NCBI GenBank assembly: GCA_022791315.1
Contig: JAAVYW010000060.1
Location: 12,290 to 76,289, forward strand
DNA from: Oscillospiraceae bacterium
GTDB lineage: Bacteria > Bacillota > Clostridia > Oscillospirales > Ruminococcaceae
DNA: 64,000 nt
Reading direction: 5' to 3'
Of this stretch, positions 56,064-64,000 are shown one piece after another. Positions within the stretch are counted from its first letter, which is position 1, and the number at the start of each line of letters is the position of its first letter. A program made the position numbers and the translations under genes. The notes beneath the pieces were generated by a model. It saw only the letters and a program-made list of their open reading frames with translations. It was not told where the DNA came from and made no database searches.

Positions 56064-56213
56064 CTATTCCTCCGGCTTCCCCTCCACATCGCAGGGGAAC
56101 TCCACATAGTCTGTGCCCAGCTTCTCATAGATTTTGTCAATAAACCGCATCACCCCATAGGCTGCGGCCGCCAGCAACATCAGACCCATTACGAGCTTCA
56201 GCAAAACTTTCAT
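56064..56213 (-). CDS. Small (49-aa) single-TM membrane protein
   Basis: MKVLLKLVMGLMLLAAAAYGVM... The start was chosen at the ATG after an AAAGGAA SD-like site. Confidence 0.4.
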   Translation of the reverse strand: MKVLLKLVMGLMLLAAAAYGVMRFIDKIYEKLGTDYVEFPCDVEGKPEE

Positions 56214-56253
56214 CTTCACCAGTTCCTTTCTCTCCGGCATCGATAGCCCAAAC

Positions 56254-56820
56254 TCAAAACTCCACCAGCTCCATCTCCCCCAGTTCCGGGGCCTTCTCCA
56301 GCCATCCCCCCTGGGGAATTGTGGGATAGAGCGTGCCAAAAAAGGGCTTGTCCCCTCCCAGGCAGGAGGTCACAAGATTCCCCCAAATTGTCCTCCCCGC
56401 CTCCAACGGCCGGGCAAACACCTGCCCCAACCTCTCCTGCCCCAAGCAGTATTTCACGCCCCAGTAAATCCCCTGCAAGTCCTCCCCGGCAAAAGGGGTT
56501 ATCTCCGGCGCTTCCACAGGCGCATCCCCCAGCCAGGCCAGGGCCCGCCCAGTGCTGTCCGCCGTGATGCGCAGCACAGGGGCGCGGCCCCCTTCCCCCA
56601 GCGCCAGGGTAAGGCAGCTGGATTCCGGCACAGAGCCCGCAGCCAAGGGCTTCACCTCAAAGGAGATGAGCTGCACATGCAGCCCCTCCGGGCAAAGGCA
56701 CAGCCTCCCCTGGGCAAAGGGCTTGTAGTCCCGCCGCTCAAAGGGAAAACAGGTGAGCTTGGCCGCATACACCGTCTCCCAATCACAGCTCCTCGCCACC
56801 GTAATCTGATAGTTCCCCAC
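56254..56820 (-). CDS. Hypothetical protein (possibly CBM9-like fold)
   Basis: 188-aa ORF with normal codon usage, first gene of the minus-strand operon ending with tyrA. Confidence 0.45.
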   Translation of the reverse strand: MGNYQITVARSCDWETVYAAKLTCFPFERRDYKPFAQGRLCLCPEGLHVQLISFEVKPLAAGSVPESSCLTLALGEGGRAPVLRITADSTGRALAWLGDAPVEAPEITPFAGEDLQGIYWGVKYCLGQERLGQVFARPLEAGRTIWGNLVTSCLGGDKPFFGTLYPTIPQGGWLEKAPELGEMELVEF

Positions 56821-57168
56821 GCCATCTCACCCTCCTCTTTCTTCCCCTTTATTATACCACTTTTCCCTCGTTTTTCCAAGCCTCATCACAAAGTTTTCCT
56901 TCCCGCTATCGAAAAATCAGGGCAAATCCCCCGAAATTTTGTCACAAATGATAATGATTTTCTTTGTGCAATATGCAGAAAATTATGGTATAATAAGGAC
57001 AATATACGCGGCGCGGGTTTGGCGCATTTGCGCCAAGTGTCTATTCTATCACAGCCTAAAAAGCGGCTGCCCCCGCCAGAACCAAAGCCGTCCGTGGCCT
57101 TGTGTTATGGCATCATAGGCACAAACCTGATAAAGAGCCCAAACCCAAAATAAAGGAGAAACGAGACC

Positions 57169-58989
57169 TTGATTCGCAACGATTTGAGAAACATAGCGAT
57201 TATCGCCCACGTTGACCACGGCAAGACCACCCTGCTCAACGAGATGCTGCGCCAGGGCGGCGCCTTCCGCCAGAACCAGGTGGTAGAGGACCGGGTCATG
57301 GATTCCAACGACCTGGAACGGGAGCGGGGCATCACCATCCTGGCTAAAAACACCTCCATCCACTATGGCGATGTCAAAATCAACGTCATCGACACCCCCG
57401 GCCACGCCGATTTTGGCGGCGAAGTGGAGCGGGTGCTCAAGATGGTGAGCGGTGTTTTGCTGCTGGTAGACGCCGCAGAAGGCCCCATGCCCCAGACCCG
57501 TTTTGTCCTGCAAAAGGCCCTGGAGCTTGGCCACCGCATCATCATCGTGGTGAATAAAATCGACCGTCCCGACGCCCGCTCCCTGGAAGTGGTAGACGAA
57601 GTCCTGGAGCTGCTCCTAGACTTAGACGCCAGCGACGAGCAGCTGGAGAGCCCCATGCTCTTCTGCTCCGGGCGGGACGGCACCGCCACCCTCACCCCCC
57701 AGCAGCAGGGCACGGACCTGCGCCCCCTGTTAGACACCATTGTGGACTATATCCCCCCCGAGCAGGGGGACGAGGCAGGCCCCATGCAGGTGCTCATCTC
57801 CTCCATCGACTATAACGACTACGTGGGCCGCATCGCTATTGGCCGGGTAGAGCGGGGGGTTGTCAAGGCCAATTCCACCGTAGCTGTCACCGACTACCAC
57901 GATAAAGAGGTGGCCTTCCAAGCCAAGCTGGCCAATCTGTACCAAATTGACGGCCTAACCCGCCAGCCGGTGGAGTCCGCCACAGTGGGGGACATTGTCT
58001 GTTTCTCCGGTATCTCTGACATCACCATCGGCAACACCATCTGCGCCCCCGACTGTGTGGAGGCCATCCCCTTTGTCAAGATTTCCGACCCCACTGTGGA
58101 GATGACCTTTGCCGTCAACGACTCCCCCTTTGCCGGCAAGGAGGGCAAGTTTGTCACCTCCCGCCAGCTGCGGGAGCGCCTATACAAGGAGCTGTTAAAG
58201 GACGTCTCCCTGCGGGTGGAAGACGGGGAGAACACCGACAGCTTCAAAGTCAGCGGCCGGGGCGAGATGCACCTGTCCATCCTCATTGAAACCATGCGCC
58301 GGGAGGGCTATGAGTTCTCCGTCAGCACCCCCCGCGTCCTCACCAAGACCGTGGACGGCAAACTCCACGAACCCATGGAGCAGCTCGTCATCGATGTCCC
58401 CGAGAGCTTTGTGGGCTCTGTCATGGAAAAGCTGGGCTCCCGCAAAGGGGAACTGCTGTCCATGGCCCCCATCGGCAGCCGGATGCGCATTGAATTCCTC
58501 ATCCCCGAACGCGGCCTCTTCGGCTACCGCAGCGAGTTCCTCACCGATACCAAGGGCGAGGGCATCCTCAACTCCATCTTCGCCGGCTTCGAGCCCTATA
58601 AAGGCGAGATTCCCAAACGCGCCACCGGCTCCCTCGTCTCCTTTGAAACCGGGGACTCTGTCACCTATGGCCTGTTCAATGCCCAGGAACGGGGCACCCT
58701 GTTCATCGGCCCCGGCGTCCCGGTCTATGAGGGCATGATTGTGGGCTCCTCCCCCAAGGCAGAGGACATCATCGTCAATGTCTGCAAAAAAAAGCACGCC
58801 ACCAACATGCGCGCCTCCGGCAGCGACGAGGCCCTCCGCCTCGTCCCCCCCAAGAACCTGAGCTTGGAGGAAGCCCTGGAATTCATCACAGACGACGAAC
58901 TGGTGGAAATCACCCCCCAAACCATCCGCCTGCGCAAACGCATCCTGGACAAGGCCGCCCGCCTAAGAGCCCAAAGCCAGAAAAAGTAA
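57169..58989 (+). CDS. typA: Translational GTPase TypA/BipA
   Basis: TTG start with [38 protein letters not shown]. Confidence 0.9.
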   Translation: MIRNDLRNIAIIAHVDHGKTTLLNEMLRQGGAFRQNQVVEDRVMDSNDLERERGITILAKNTSIHYGDVKINVIDTPGHADFGGEVERVLKMVSGVLLLVDAAEGPMPQTRFVLQKALELGHRIIIVVNKIDRPDARSLEVVDEVLELLLDLDASDEQLESPMLFCSGRDGTATLTPQQQGTDLRPLLDTIVDYIPPEQGDEAGPMQVLISSIDYNDYVGRIAIGRVERGVVKANSTVAVTDYHDKEVAFQAKLANLYQIDGLTRQPVESATVGDIVCFSGISDITIGNTICAPDCVEAIPFVKISDPTVEMTFAVNDSPFAGKEGKFVTSRQLRERLYKELLKDVSLRVEDGENTDSFKVSGRGEMHLSILIETMRREGYEFSVSTPRVLTKTVDGKLHEPMEQLVIDVPESFVGSVMEKLGSRKGELLSMAPIGSRMRIEFLIPERGLFGYRSEFLTDTKGEGILNSIFAGFEPYKGEIPKRATGSLVSFETGDSVTYGLFNAQERGTLFIGPGVPVYEGMIVGSSPKAEDIIVNVCKKKHATNMRASGSDEALRLVPPKNLSLEEALEFITDDELVEITPQTIRLRKRILDKAARLRAQSQKK

Positions 58990-58995
58990 CCCCTC

Positions 58996-59026
58996 AGGGC
59001 TGTTTTCACAACAGCCCTCTCTTTTT
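58996..59026 (+). terminator. Intrinsic terminator after typA
   Basis: AGGGCTGTT-loop-AACAGCCCT followed by CTCTTTTT. Confidence 0.7.
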
Positions 59027-59030
59027 CCCT

Positions 59031-59167
59031 CTATCACGCCGTAGGCAAATGAAAGTTTCCGTCCAACCTTTCCAAAGGGTGGCAGGTCCAGGACAGCGTC
59101 CTGGTCGCTCATCGCAATGAGCGAAATGCCCCTTCTCCCAGGCGGCGTATCGATACCAAACTAAGGC
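59031..59167 (+). repeat. Mosaic hairpin element, copy 2 (same arms as 19017-19222, shorter core)
   Basis: The 5' arm CTATCACGCCGTAGGCAAATGAAAGTTTCCGTCCAACCTTTCCAAAGGGTGG and the 3' arm TCGCTCATCGCAATGAGCGAAATGCCCCTTCTCCCAGGCGGCGTATCGATACCAAACTAAGGC align to copy 1. Confidence 0.7.
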
Positions 59168-59200
59168 GTGCACCCAGCCCACCGAAAGGAGCCCTCCCCC

Positions 59201-60184
59201 ATGCCCACCACCGTCCAAATCGGCCCCCTCACCCTCCCCCGTGGCGCGGCCCTGGCTCCCATGGCCGGGGTGGCTGATTCCCCCTTCCGCCAGCTCTGCC
59301 GGGAATTTGGCGCGATTTTCACCGTATCCGAGATGGTCAGCTCCAAGGGCCTCTGCTACAGTGACCGTAAAACCCCCAGCCTCATGGCCTTCTCCGAAGC
59401 CGAGCGCCCCTTTGCCGTCCAGCTCTTCGGCAATGAGCCCGCCACCATGGCCCAGGCGGCGAAACTGGCAGCCCAAACCGGCGCGGATTTTATCGACCTC
59501 AACATGGGCTGCCCTGCCCCCAAAATCACAAACGGCGGCGGTGGCAGCGCCCTGATGAAATCCCCCCGCCTGGCAGGGGAAATTGTCCGCGCCGTCAAAG
59601 AGGCCGTCTCCCTCCCTGTCACCGTAAAATTCCGCAAGGGCTGGGACGATTCCTCGGAAAACGCCGTGGAATTCGCCTGCATCTGCGCCGAAAACGGCGC
59701 CGACGCCCTCACTGTCCACGGCCGCACCCGCCAGCAGATGTACGCCGGCCAGGCCGACTACGCCTGTATCCGCGCCGTGCGGGCGTCTGTCCCCATCCCT
59801 GTCATCGCCAACGGCGACGTCGCCAGCGGCCCCGATGCCCTGCGGATTTTGGAGGAGACCGGCTGCCCCCTGCTGATGGTGGGCCGGGGTGCCCTGGGCG
59901 CCCCCTGGGTCTTCGCCCAAATCGCCGCCTATCTGGAGGACGGCACCCTCCTCCCCCCGCCCCCTCTGGAAGAGCGCCTCTCCCTCCTCCTGCGCCAGGT
60001 GACAATGATGTGCGCCGAAAAAGGGGAACACGCCGCCCTCCGGGAGGCCCGCAAACACGCCGCCTGGTATCTCAAGGGCCTCCGGGGCGCAGCATCCTAC
60101 CGCCGGGAATCCTCCTCCCTCTCCACCCTGGACGACTTAAAGCGCCTGAGCGAGCGGATTTTAAAAGAGAATCCAGCTGAATGA
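59201..60184 (+). CDS. dusB: tRNA-dihydrouridine synthase (DusB-like)
   Basis: Start moved to MPTTVQIGPL (AAAGGAG SD). LAPMAGV.D..FR, DLNMGCP, VTVKFR. Confidence 0.85.
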   Translation: MPTTVQIGPLTLPRGAALAPMAGVADSPFRQLCREFGAIFTVSEMVSSKGLCYSDRKTPSLMAFSEAERPFAVQLFGNEPATMAQAAKLAAQTGADFIDLNMGCPAPKITNGGGGSALMKSPRLAGEIVRAVKEAVSLPVTVKFRKGWDDSSENAVEFACICAENGADALTVHGRTRQQMYAGQADYACIRAVRASVPIPVIANGDVASGPDALRILEETGCPLLMVGRGALGAPWVFAQIAAYLEDGTLLPPPPLEERLSLLLRQVTMMCAEKGEHAALREARKHAAWYLKGLRGAASYRRESSSLSTLDDLKRLSERILKENPAE

Positions 60185-60319
60185 GCCTCACCTTTCCCTG
60201 AGATTGATGAAAAATATTGACTTCACTACTCTTTCCCAGTATCCTGATATAGGAATTAGGTCTGTCAAACAGTCAGTCTTTTGAGAATTGACTGTTTCTA
60301 TCTTGAGGAGGGCATCATC

Positions 60320-61054
60320 ATGTCAGGCTCAAAGTGCAGAGAACAATCTGGAACCCCCGCTATGAATCGATGGGAACAGTCCATTTTTGATATGTACCTA
60401 CAGTATCATCTTGGCAAGAGCGAGGCCTGTCAACGGTGCCGGCAAGCAAGTACAGGCCTTTCCCGACCCATATCGATATGGCATGTAGGCACTTCCTATG
60501 AGGAAAGCCCCTATAAGATTCTGTTCGTCGGCAAAGCGGCTAGAGGCAGTATCGTGGAAGCGCCCTTCTATATGGATACGGTGGAAGACGCCACCGTTAT
60601 TGCAGCAGATTTGTACTACAATAGCGGCTGGGCCTTTTGGGGGTACACCAGAGCTATCGCCAACGCAGTCTATGGGGAAGAGAACGCTTGGGAGCAAATT
60701 GCTCTTACCAACATGGTTAAATGCAATCGTTCCGATACCGTTGACACCACAATACAGGACGCCAAAATCAGCTGCGCCGAATATCTCCGGCGGGAAATTG
60801 CATTGCTGTGCCCCCGGCATATCGTGTTTTACACCAACGCAGGCTATGATGAAGCAATCCAAAGGGCATTTGACCGGATAGAAGATTCCCAATACCAAGA
60901 CTTCCCCTGCGGCAAAAAGGCCATGCACCTTTGGGCCTTTACCGGCGTTATTGGTGAAAGCCGGATAAAGGCAATCCGCACCGGGCACCCTGAGCGGATG
61001 AAAAAGGGGGATTTTACCAGCCGGATTATTGATTTTATTCTTGGAAAACAATAG
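60320..61054 (+). CDS. Hypothetical protein, uracil-DNA-glycosylase-superfamily-like
   Basis: Start moved to MSGSKC (GAGGAGGG SD). ILFVGKAARG and TGHPERM are loosely reminiscent of UDG family 4/5 motifs A and B. Low GC. Confidence 0.4.
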   Translation: MSGSKCREQSGTPAMNRWEQSIFDMYLQYHLGKSEACQRCRQASTGLSRPISIWHVGTSYEESPYKILFVGKAARGSIVEAPFYMDTVEDATVIAADLYYNSGWAFWGYTRAIANAVYGEENAWEQIALTNMVKCNRSDTVDTTIQDAKISCAEYLRREIALLCPRHIVFYTNAGYDEAIQRAFDRIEDSQYQDFPCGKKAMHLWAFTGVIGESRIKAIRTGHPERMKKGDFTSRIIDFILGKQ

Positions 61055-61183
61055 CGGAATCCAGAGAATCCCAAAATAAAAAGACGTCAAAAAATGTTCC
61101 AGCTGCCCGCTGTGATTCTCCGGAGCAATATCAATGAAAATGGGAAAGCCCCCTCGCTGTATTCCGGCGAGGGGGCTTTTCTC

Positions 61184-62296
61184 TTATTCCCCAAAATACT
61201 CTGCCATTTCCCTCATCCGCCTGCTCTGCTCCACCTGGAAAGGGCAGCGCCGGTCGCAGTGGCCGCAGTCCCGGCAGGCCGAGGCCTTCGTCCCCAGCTT
61301 CCGGTAGTGGTTTTTCGCCATCTCATCCCCAGCCCTTGCCAAATCATAGTACTTGTTCACCAGCCCGATGTCAATGCCCGCAGGACAGGGGTGGCAGTGG
61401 CTGCAATATACACAGTGCCCCTCAATATCCTTGGGCGTAAGCTCCCGGATAAAGGCGTAATCCCTCTCCTCCTGCGCGGCATCGGGAAACGTGAGCAGCT
61501 CGTTTAGGTCGTCCAGCCCCCGCACACCGGGCACAACAGTGAGCACGCCGGGGCAGTCCAGCGCGTATTGGATACACTGGTTCCTGGTCATTGCCCGGCC
61601 AAAGGGGGACTCCCTGGCATCCAGCAGCTTGCCCGCGTGGAAGGGCTTCATCACCGAAATACCCACCCCCTCCTCCTGGCAGCGGCGCAGCAGCGCCGCC
61701 CGCTCCCCGGCGCTTCCCATACCCAGGTCGTCCGAGTACTCAAAATCATAGGCAGCATTGACGCTGAACATCATCATGTCAATAAACCCGGTATCCAATA
61801 TCCGGTTCGCCGCCTGGGGCGTGTGGGAGGAAAATCCAATATGGCGCACCACACCCTGCCGCTTTAACTCCTGCACCAGGTTCACAATGCCGCCCTGCTC
61901 CAGCTTTTCAAAGTCCTCCACCTTATCAATGCAGTGGAGAAACCCCATGTCAATATAGTCCACGCCCAGGGTTTCCATCTCCCAGTCAAAGGTGCGTTTG
62001 ATGCGCTCGGCGTCGGTTGTCCATCCGTAGTTCCCCTCCTCGTCATACACCGCGCCAAAGTGCAGCTGGAAGAAAATCTTCCTCCTGGCCACCGCCCGGA
62101 TTGCCCGGCCAAAGGGCGCATACACATTGGCCGCCCCGCCGCACAGGTCAAAGTAATTCACCCCGTTCACAATGGCCCTCCGCACGGTATGCTCTATTTC
62201 CTCGTCGGGCGCCCTCTGGATGCCCCCCATCCCCAGGCCCAGCACACTGAATTTCTCATTTTTCTCCCCGTGGGGAAGCTGCCGGTATTCCATCAT
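61184..62296 (-). CDS. Aldo/keto reductase with C-terminal 4Fe-4S domain
   Basis: Start moved to MMEYRQLP. AKR core, then CVYCSHCHPCP and CRDCGHCDRRCP. Confidence 0.75.
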   Translation of the reverse strand: MMEYRQLPHGEKNEKFSVLGLGMGGIQRAPDEEIEHTVRRAIVNGVNYFDLCGGAANVYAPFGRAIRAVARRKIFFQLHFGAVYDEEGNYGWTTDAERIKRTFDWEMETLGVDYIDMGFLHCIDKVEDFEKLEQGGIVNLVQELKRQGVVRHIGFSSHTPQAANRILDTGFIDMMMFSVNAAYDFEYSDDLGMGSAGERAALLRRCQEEGVGISVMKPFHAGKLLDARESPFGRAMTRNQCIQYALDCPGVLTVVPGVRGLDDLNELLTFPDAAQEERDYAFIRELTPKDIEGHCVYCSHCHPCPAGIDIGLVNKYYDLARAGDEMAKNHYRKLGTKASACRDCGHCDRRCPFQVEQSRRMREMAEYFGE

Positions 62297-62399
62297 CTTC
62301 CATCTGTCCTTTCCTGTTGGGATGGTTCCATTATAATTCCTCCGCCCCAAAATAGCAAATACCCCGTTTGCATCCCCGGCAATACCCAAAACACATACC

Positions 62400-62864
62400 C
62401 TATCCCAAATACTTCGCCAAAAGCAGGCAGGGATTGGCCTCGTCCCACAGCGTGGGGAATACCTCCAAGGGCCGGAACCCCATGGCATAGTAAAACTCCC
62501 TGGTCTTGGCATACCCCACGTCCTCCCTGGAACTGTCCAGCGTCTTCACCGTGAGGAATTCCATCCCCTTCCCCCGGGCAAAGGCCTCGCATTGCCCCAC
62601 CAGCAGCCGTCCCACGCCCTTCCGGTGGTATTCCGGCCTCACCCCCATCACGCACACCTCCCCTGCATAGGGGCTGTGTTCCAAAAACGCCGCAAACCCA
62701 ATGGCCTTTTCCCCCGCAAAGGCCGCCCAGAGGGGCAGCTTCTTCACTTTCTCCACATAGTCCAGCAGCGATTCCTCAATCCCAAACCACTCCGGCAGCG
62801 CCCGTAGGATGCCCTCACACAGCGCCGCCTTTTCCACCCCATCCTGAATCTCCCTAATTTCCAT
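62400..62864 (-). CDS. GNAT family N-acetyltransferase
   Basis: Acetyl-CoA motif HRKGVGRLLV. Confidence 0.75.
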   Translation of the reverse strand: MEIREIQDGVEKAALCEGILRALPEWFGIEESLLDYVEKVKKLPLWAAFAGEKAIGFAAFLEHSPYAGEVCVMGVRPEYHRKGVGRLLVGQCEAFARGKGMEFLTVKTLDSSREDVGYAKTREFYYAMGFRPLEVFPTLWDEANPCLLLAKYLG

Positions 62865-62877
62865 CGTTTTCCCTCCT

Positions 62878-62912
62878 CAAAAACGGCAGGCCCCACCAGC
62901 GTAGGGCCTGCC
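62878..62912 (-). terminator. Terminator hairpin ending 2 nt before the SD of the GNAT gene
   Basis: On the minus strand, GGCAGGCCC-loop-GGGCCTGCC followed by GTTTTT, then GAGGAGGG and the ATG. Confidence 0.55.
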
Positions 62913-62921
62913 TCAGACTGT

Positions 62922-63167
62922 CGAAAAACCTAATTTTCGGAAAAGTCCCCTATTTTAAAATCATAAAAATCAGGACATGCGCCTGATTTTTATCCGGCGT
63001 GTCGAATCTTCGACACGCTTAACTCGCGCCACAGTGCGCGAAACCGGGGGTATCCATGCCGGTTCTGTAGGAACCGGCATGGTATCTAGGGGGTACCCGG
63101 TACCCTCTAGAAGCGCGTCGAACAAGTTCGACGTGCTTCGGCAGGACCCACGCTGGTGGGTCCTGCC
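62922..63167. repeat. Array of at least 8 abutting palindromes
   Basis: Stems of 6-12 bp, for example ATAAAAATCAGG/CCTGATTTTTAT, GCGTGTCGAA/TTCGACACGC, CCATGCCGGTTC/GAACCGGCATGG, CTAGGGGGTACC/GGTACCCTCTAG, GCGCGTCGAAC/GTTCGACGTGC and GGCAGGACCCA/TGGGTCCTGCC. Confidence 0.7.
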
Positions 63168-63177
63168 TGCATCGATA

Positions 63178-63978
63178 TTATTTCTTTTCCGCCCACACCG
63201 TGGCCCGCCAGGTATCCTCCCGCAGGGGTGTGGGGATGGCCTCCGCCGTGAAGTTGTGGTAGCCGTGGGTCATCGTAAGCCCCGCTTCCTCCAGCCACTC
63301 CTGCACTTCCTCCCAAGCGGGGAGGTATTGGCAGCCGGTCTCCACATGGCAGATCATCTCTTCCCCATTGTTTGCGGTGAGCTCCCAGTGCTCCGCCCAC
63401 ACAAACAGCCGCGTCACCGGGTCGTAGCAGCCGCCGTAGCTGGCCGTGCGCCCCCTGGTGCCGTAGTCGTCGCTCCCCTCAAAGTAGTACATGGGCTCCA
63501 GCGAGGGGAACACCTTCTCGTTGTCCTTATGTAACTCAAAATCCAGATACAAGTGCCCGCCGGGGCGCAGGGCCTTTGCCGCCCGGCGGAGAAAAGCCCG
63601 CTGGGCTCCCTTGTAATCCTCCTCGCCCTCGATGTTCATGAGCACATTTCCGGCCATCACCACCACATCATAGCCGCTGCCCCAGTCCTCTTCGCCGCCC
63701 TCCATCTGGTAGCAGCGGAGGTTGGGCAGCCCCTTCATCCGGGCATAGCAGCGTTCCAGCATGTAGGGGTCCCGGTCAAAGCCCGTGACATCATGCCCCG
63801 CCTTTGCCAGGGGCACTGCAATCCGCCCGCCCCCGCAGGCCATCTCCAAAATCCGCTGGGGCTTTCCCCCGCACTGCTCCTTCAGCACAGAGAGCAAAAA
63901 CTCCACATCATTCGTCTGGTTTTCAAACTGCTCGTACACACTGGCATACCAGTGCCTCATAATAAAATCCCGGTTCAA
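63178..63978 (-). CDS. Class I SAM-dependent methyltransferase
   Basis: SAM motif ILEMACGGGRIAVPLA and acidic loop GFDRD. Confidence 0.8.
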   Translation of the reverse strand: MNRDFIMRHWYASVYEQFENQTNDVEFLLSVLKEQCGGKPQRILEMACGGGRIAVPLAKAGHDVTGFDRDPYMLERCYARMKGLPNLRCYQMEGGEEDWGSGYDVVVMAGNVLMNIEGEEDYKGAQRAFLRRAAKALRPGGHLYLDFELHKDNEKVFPSLEPMYYFEGSDDYGTRGRTASYGGCYDPVTRLFVWAEHWELTANNGEEMICHVETGCQYLPAWEEVQEWLEEAGLTMTHGYHNFTAEAIPTPLREDTWRATVWAEKK

Positions 63979-64000
63979 ATTGTTGTCCTCCTAAAAACCC

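Overview
This is a 64-kb chromosomal window from a high-GC (about 60 percent by eye) Firmicutes/Clostridia genome. Gene content resembles Oscillospiraceae-type gut anaerobes, but that is inference only. It holds about 60 protein genes, mostly housekeeping: a hydrogenase-like/DRTGG/PHP module, helD, a Gfo/Idh/MocA-ThuA sugar operon with an AraC regulator, an ABC-F ATPase, ruvCAB, glmM, ecfA1-ecfA2-ecfT-truA, a ClpC-like unfoldase, htrA behind a two-component system, a vanR-vanS-vanY-type module without ligase genes, ychF, tyrA, typA, dusB and one tRNA-Val(GAC). I see no integrase, transposase, CRISPR array or recognisable phage-defence gene.

The most unusual content is non-coding.
1. There are four copies (two tandem pairs, at 8.2-8.8 kb and 12.15-12.83 kb) of a compact convergent-promoter micro-locus. 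Each has a 26-28 codon ORF with a maskable SD, a stop codon inside a shared bidirectional terminator, and an opposing RNA of about 85-95 nt. The layout is type I toxin-antitoxin-like, but an unexplained motif is shared by the 5' ends of both RNAs in both families.
2. Several loci consist of back-to-back, mutually unrelated near-perfect palindromes (3.6, 19.0-19.45, 59.0 and 62.9-63.2 kb). Two of them are copies of one element with conserved arms and a variable hairpin core.

The window also contains two decayed pseudogenes and several low-GC patches, one of which carries a sortase-type surface protein. CDS coordinates follow the ORF track with starts re-picked by SD and homology. Hand-counted coordinates of small features may be off by 1-2 nt.
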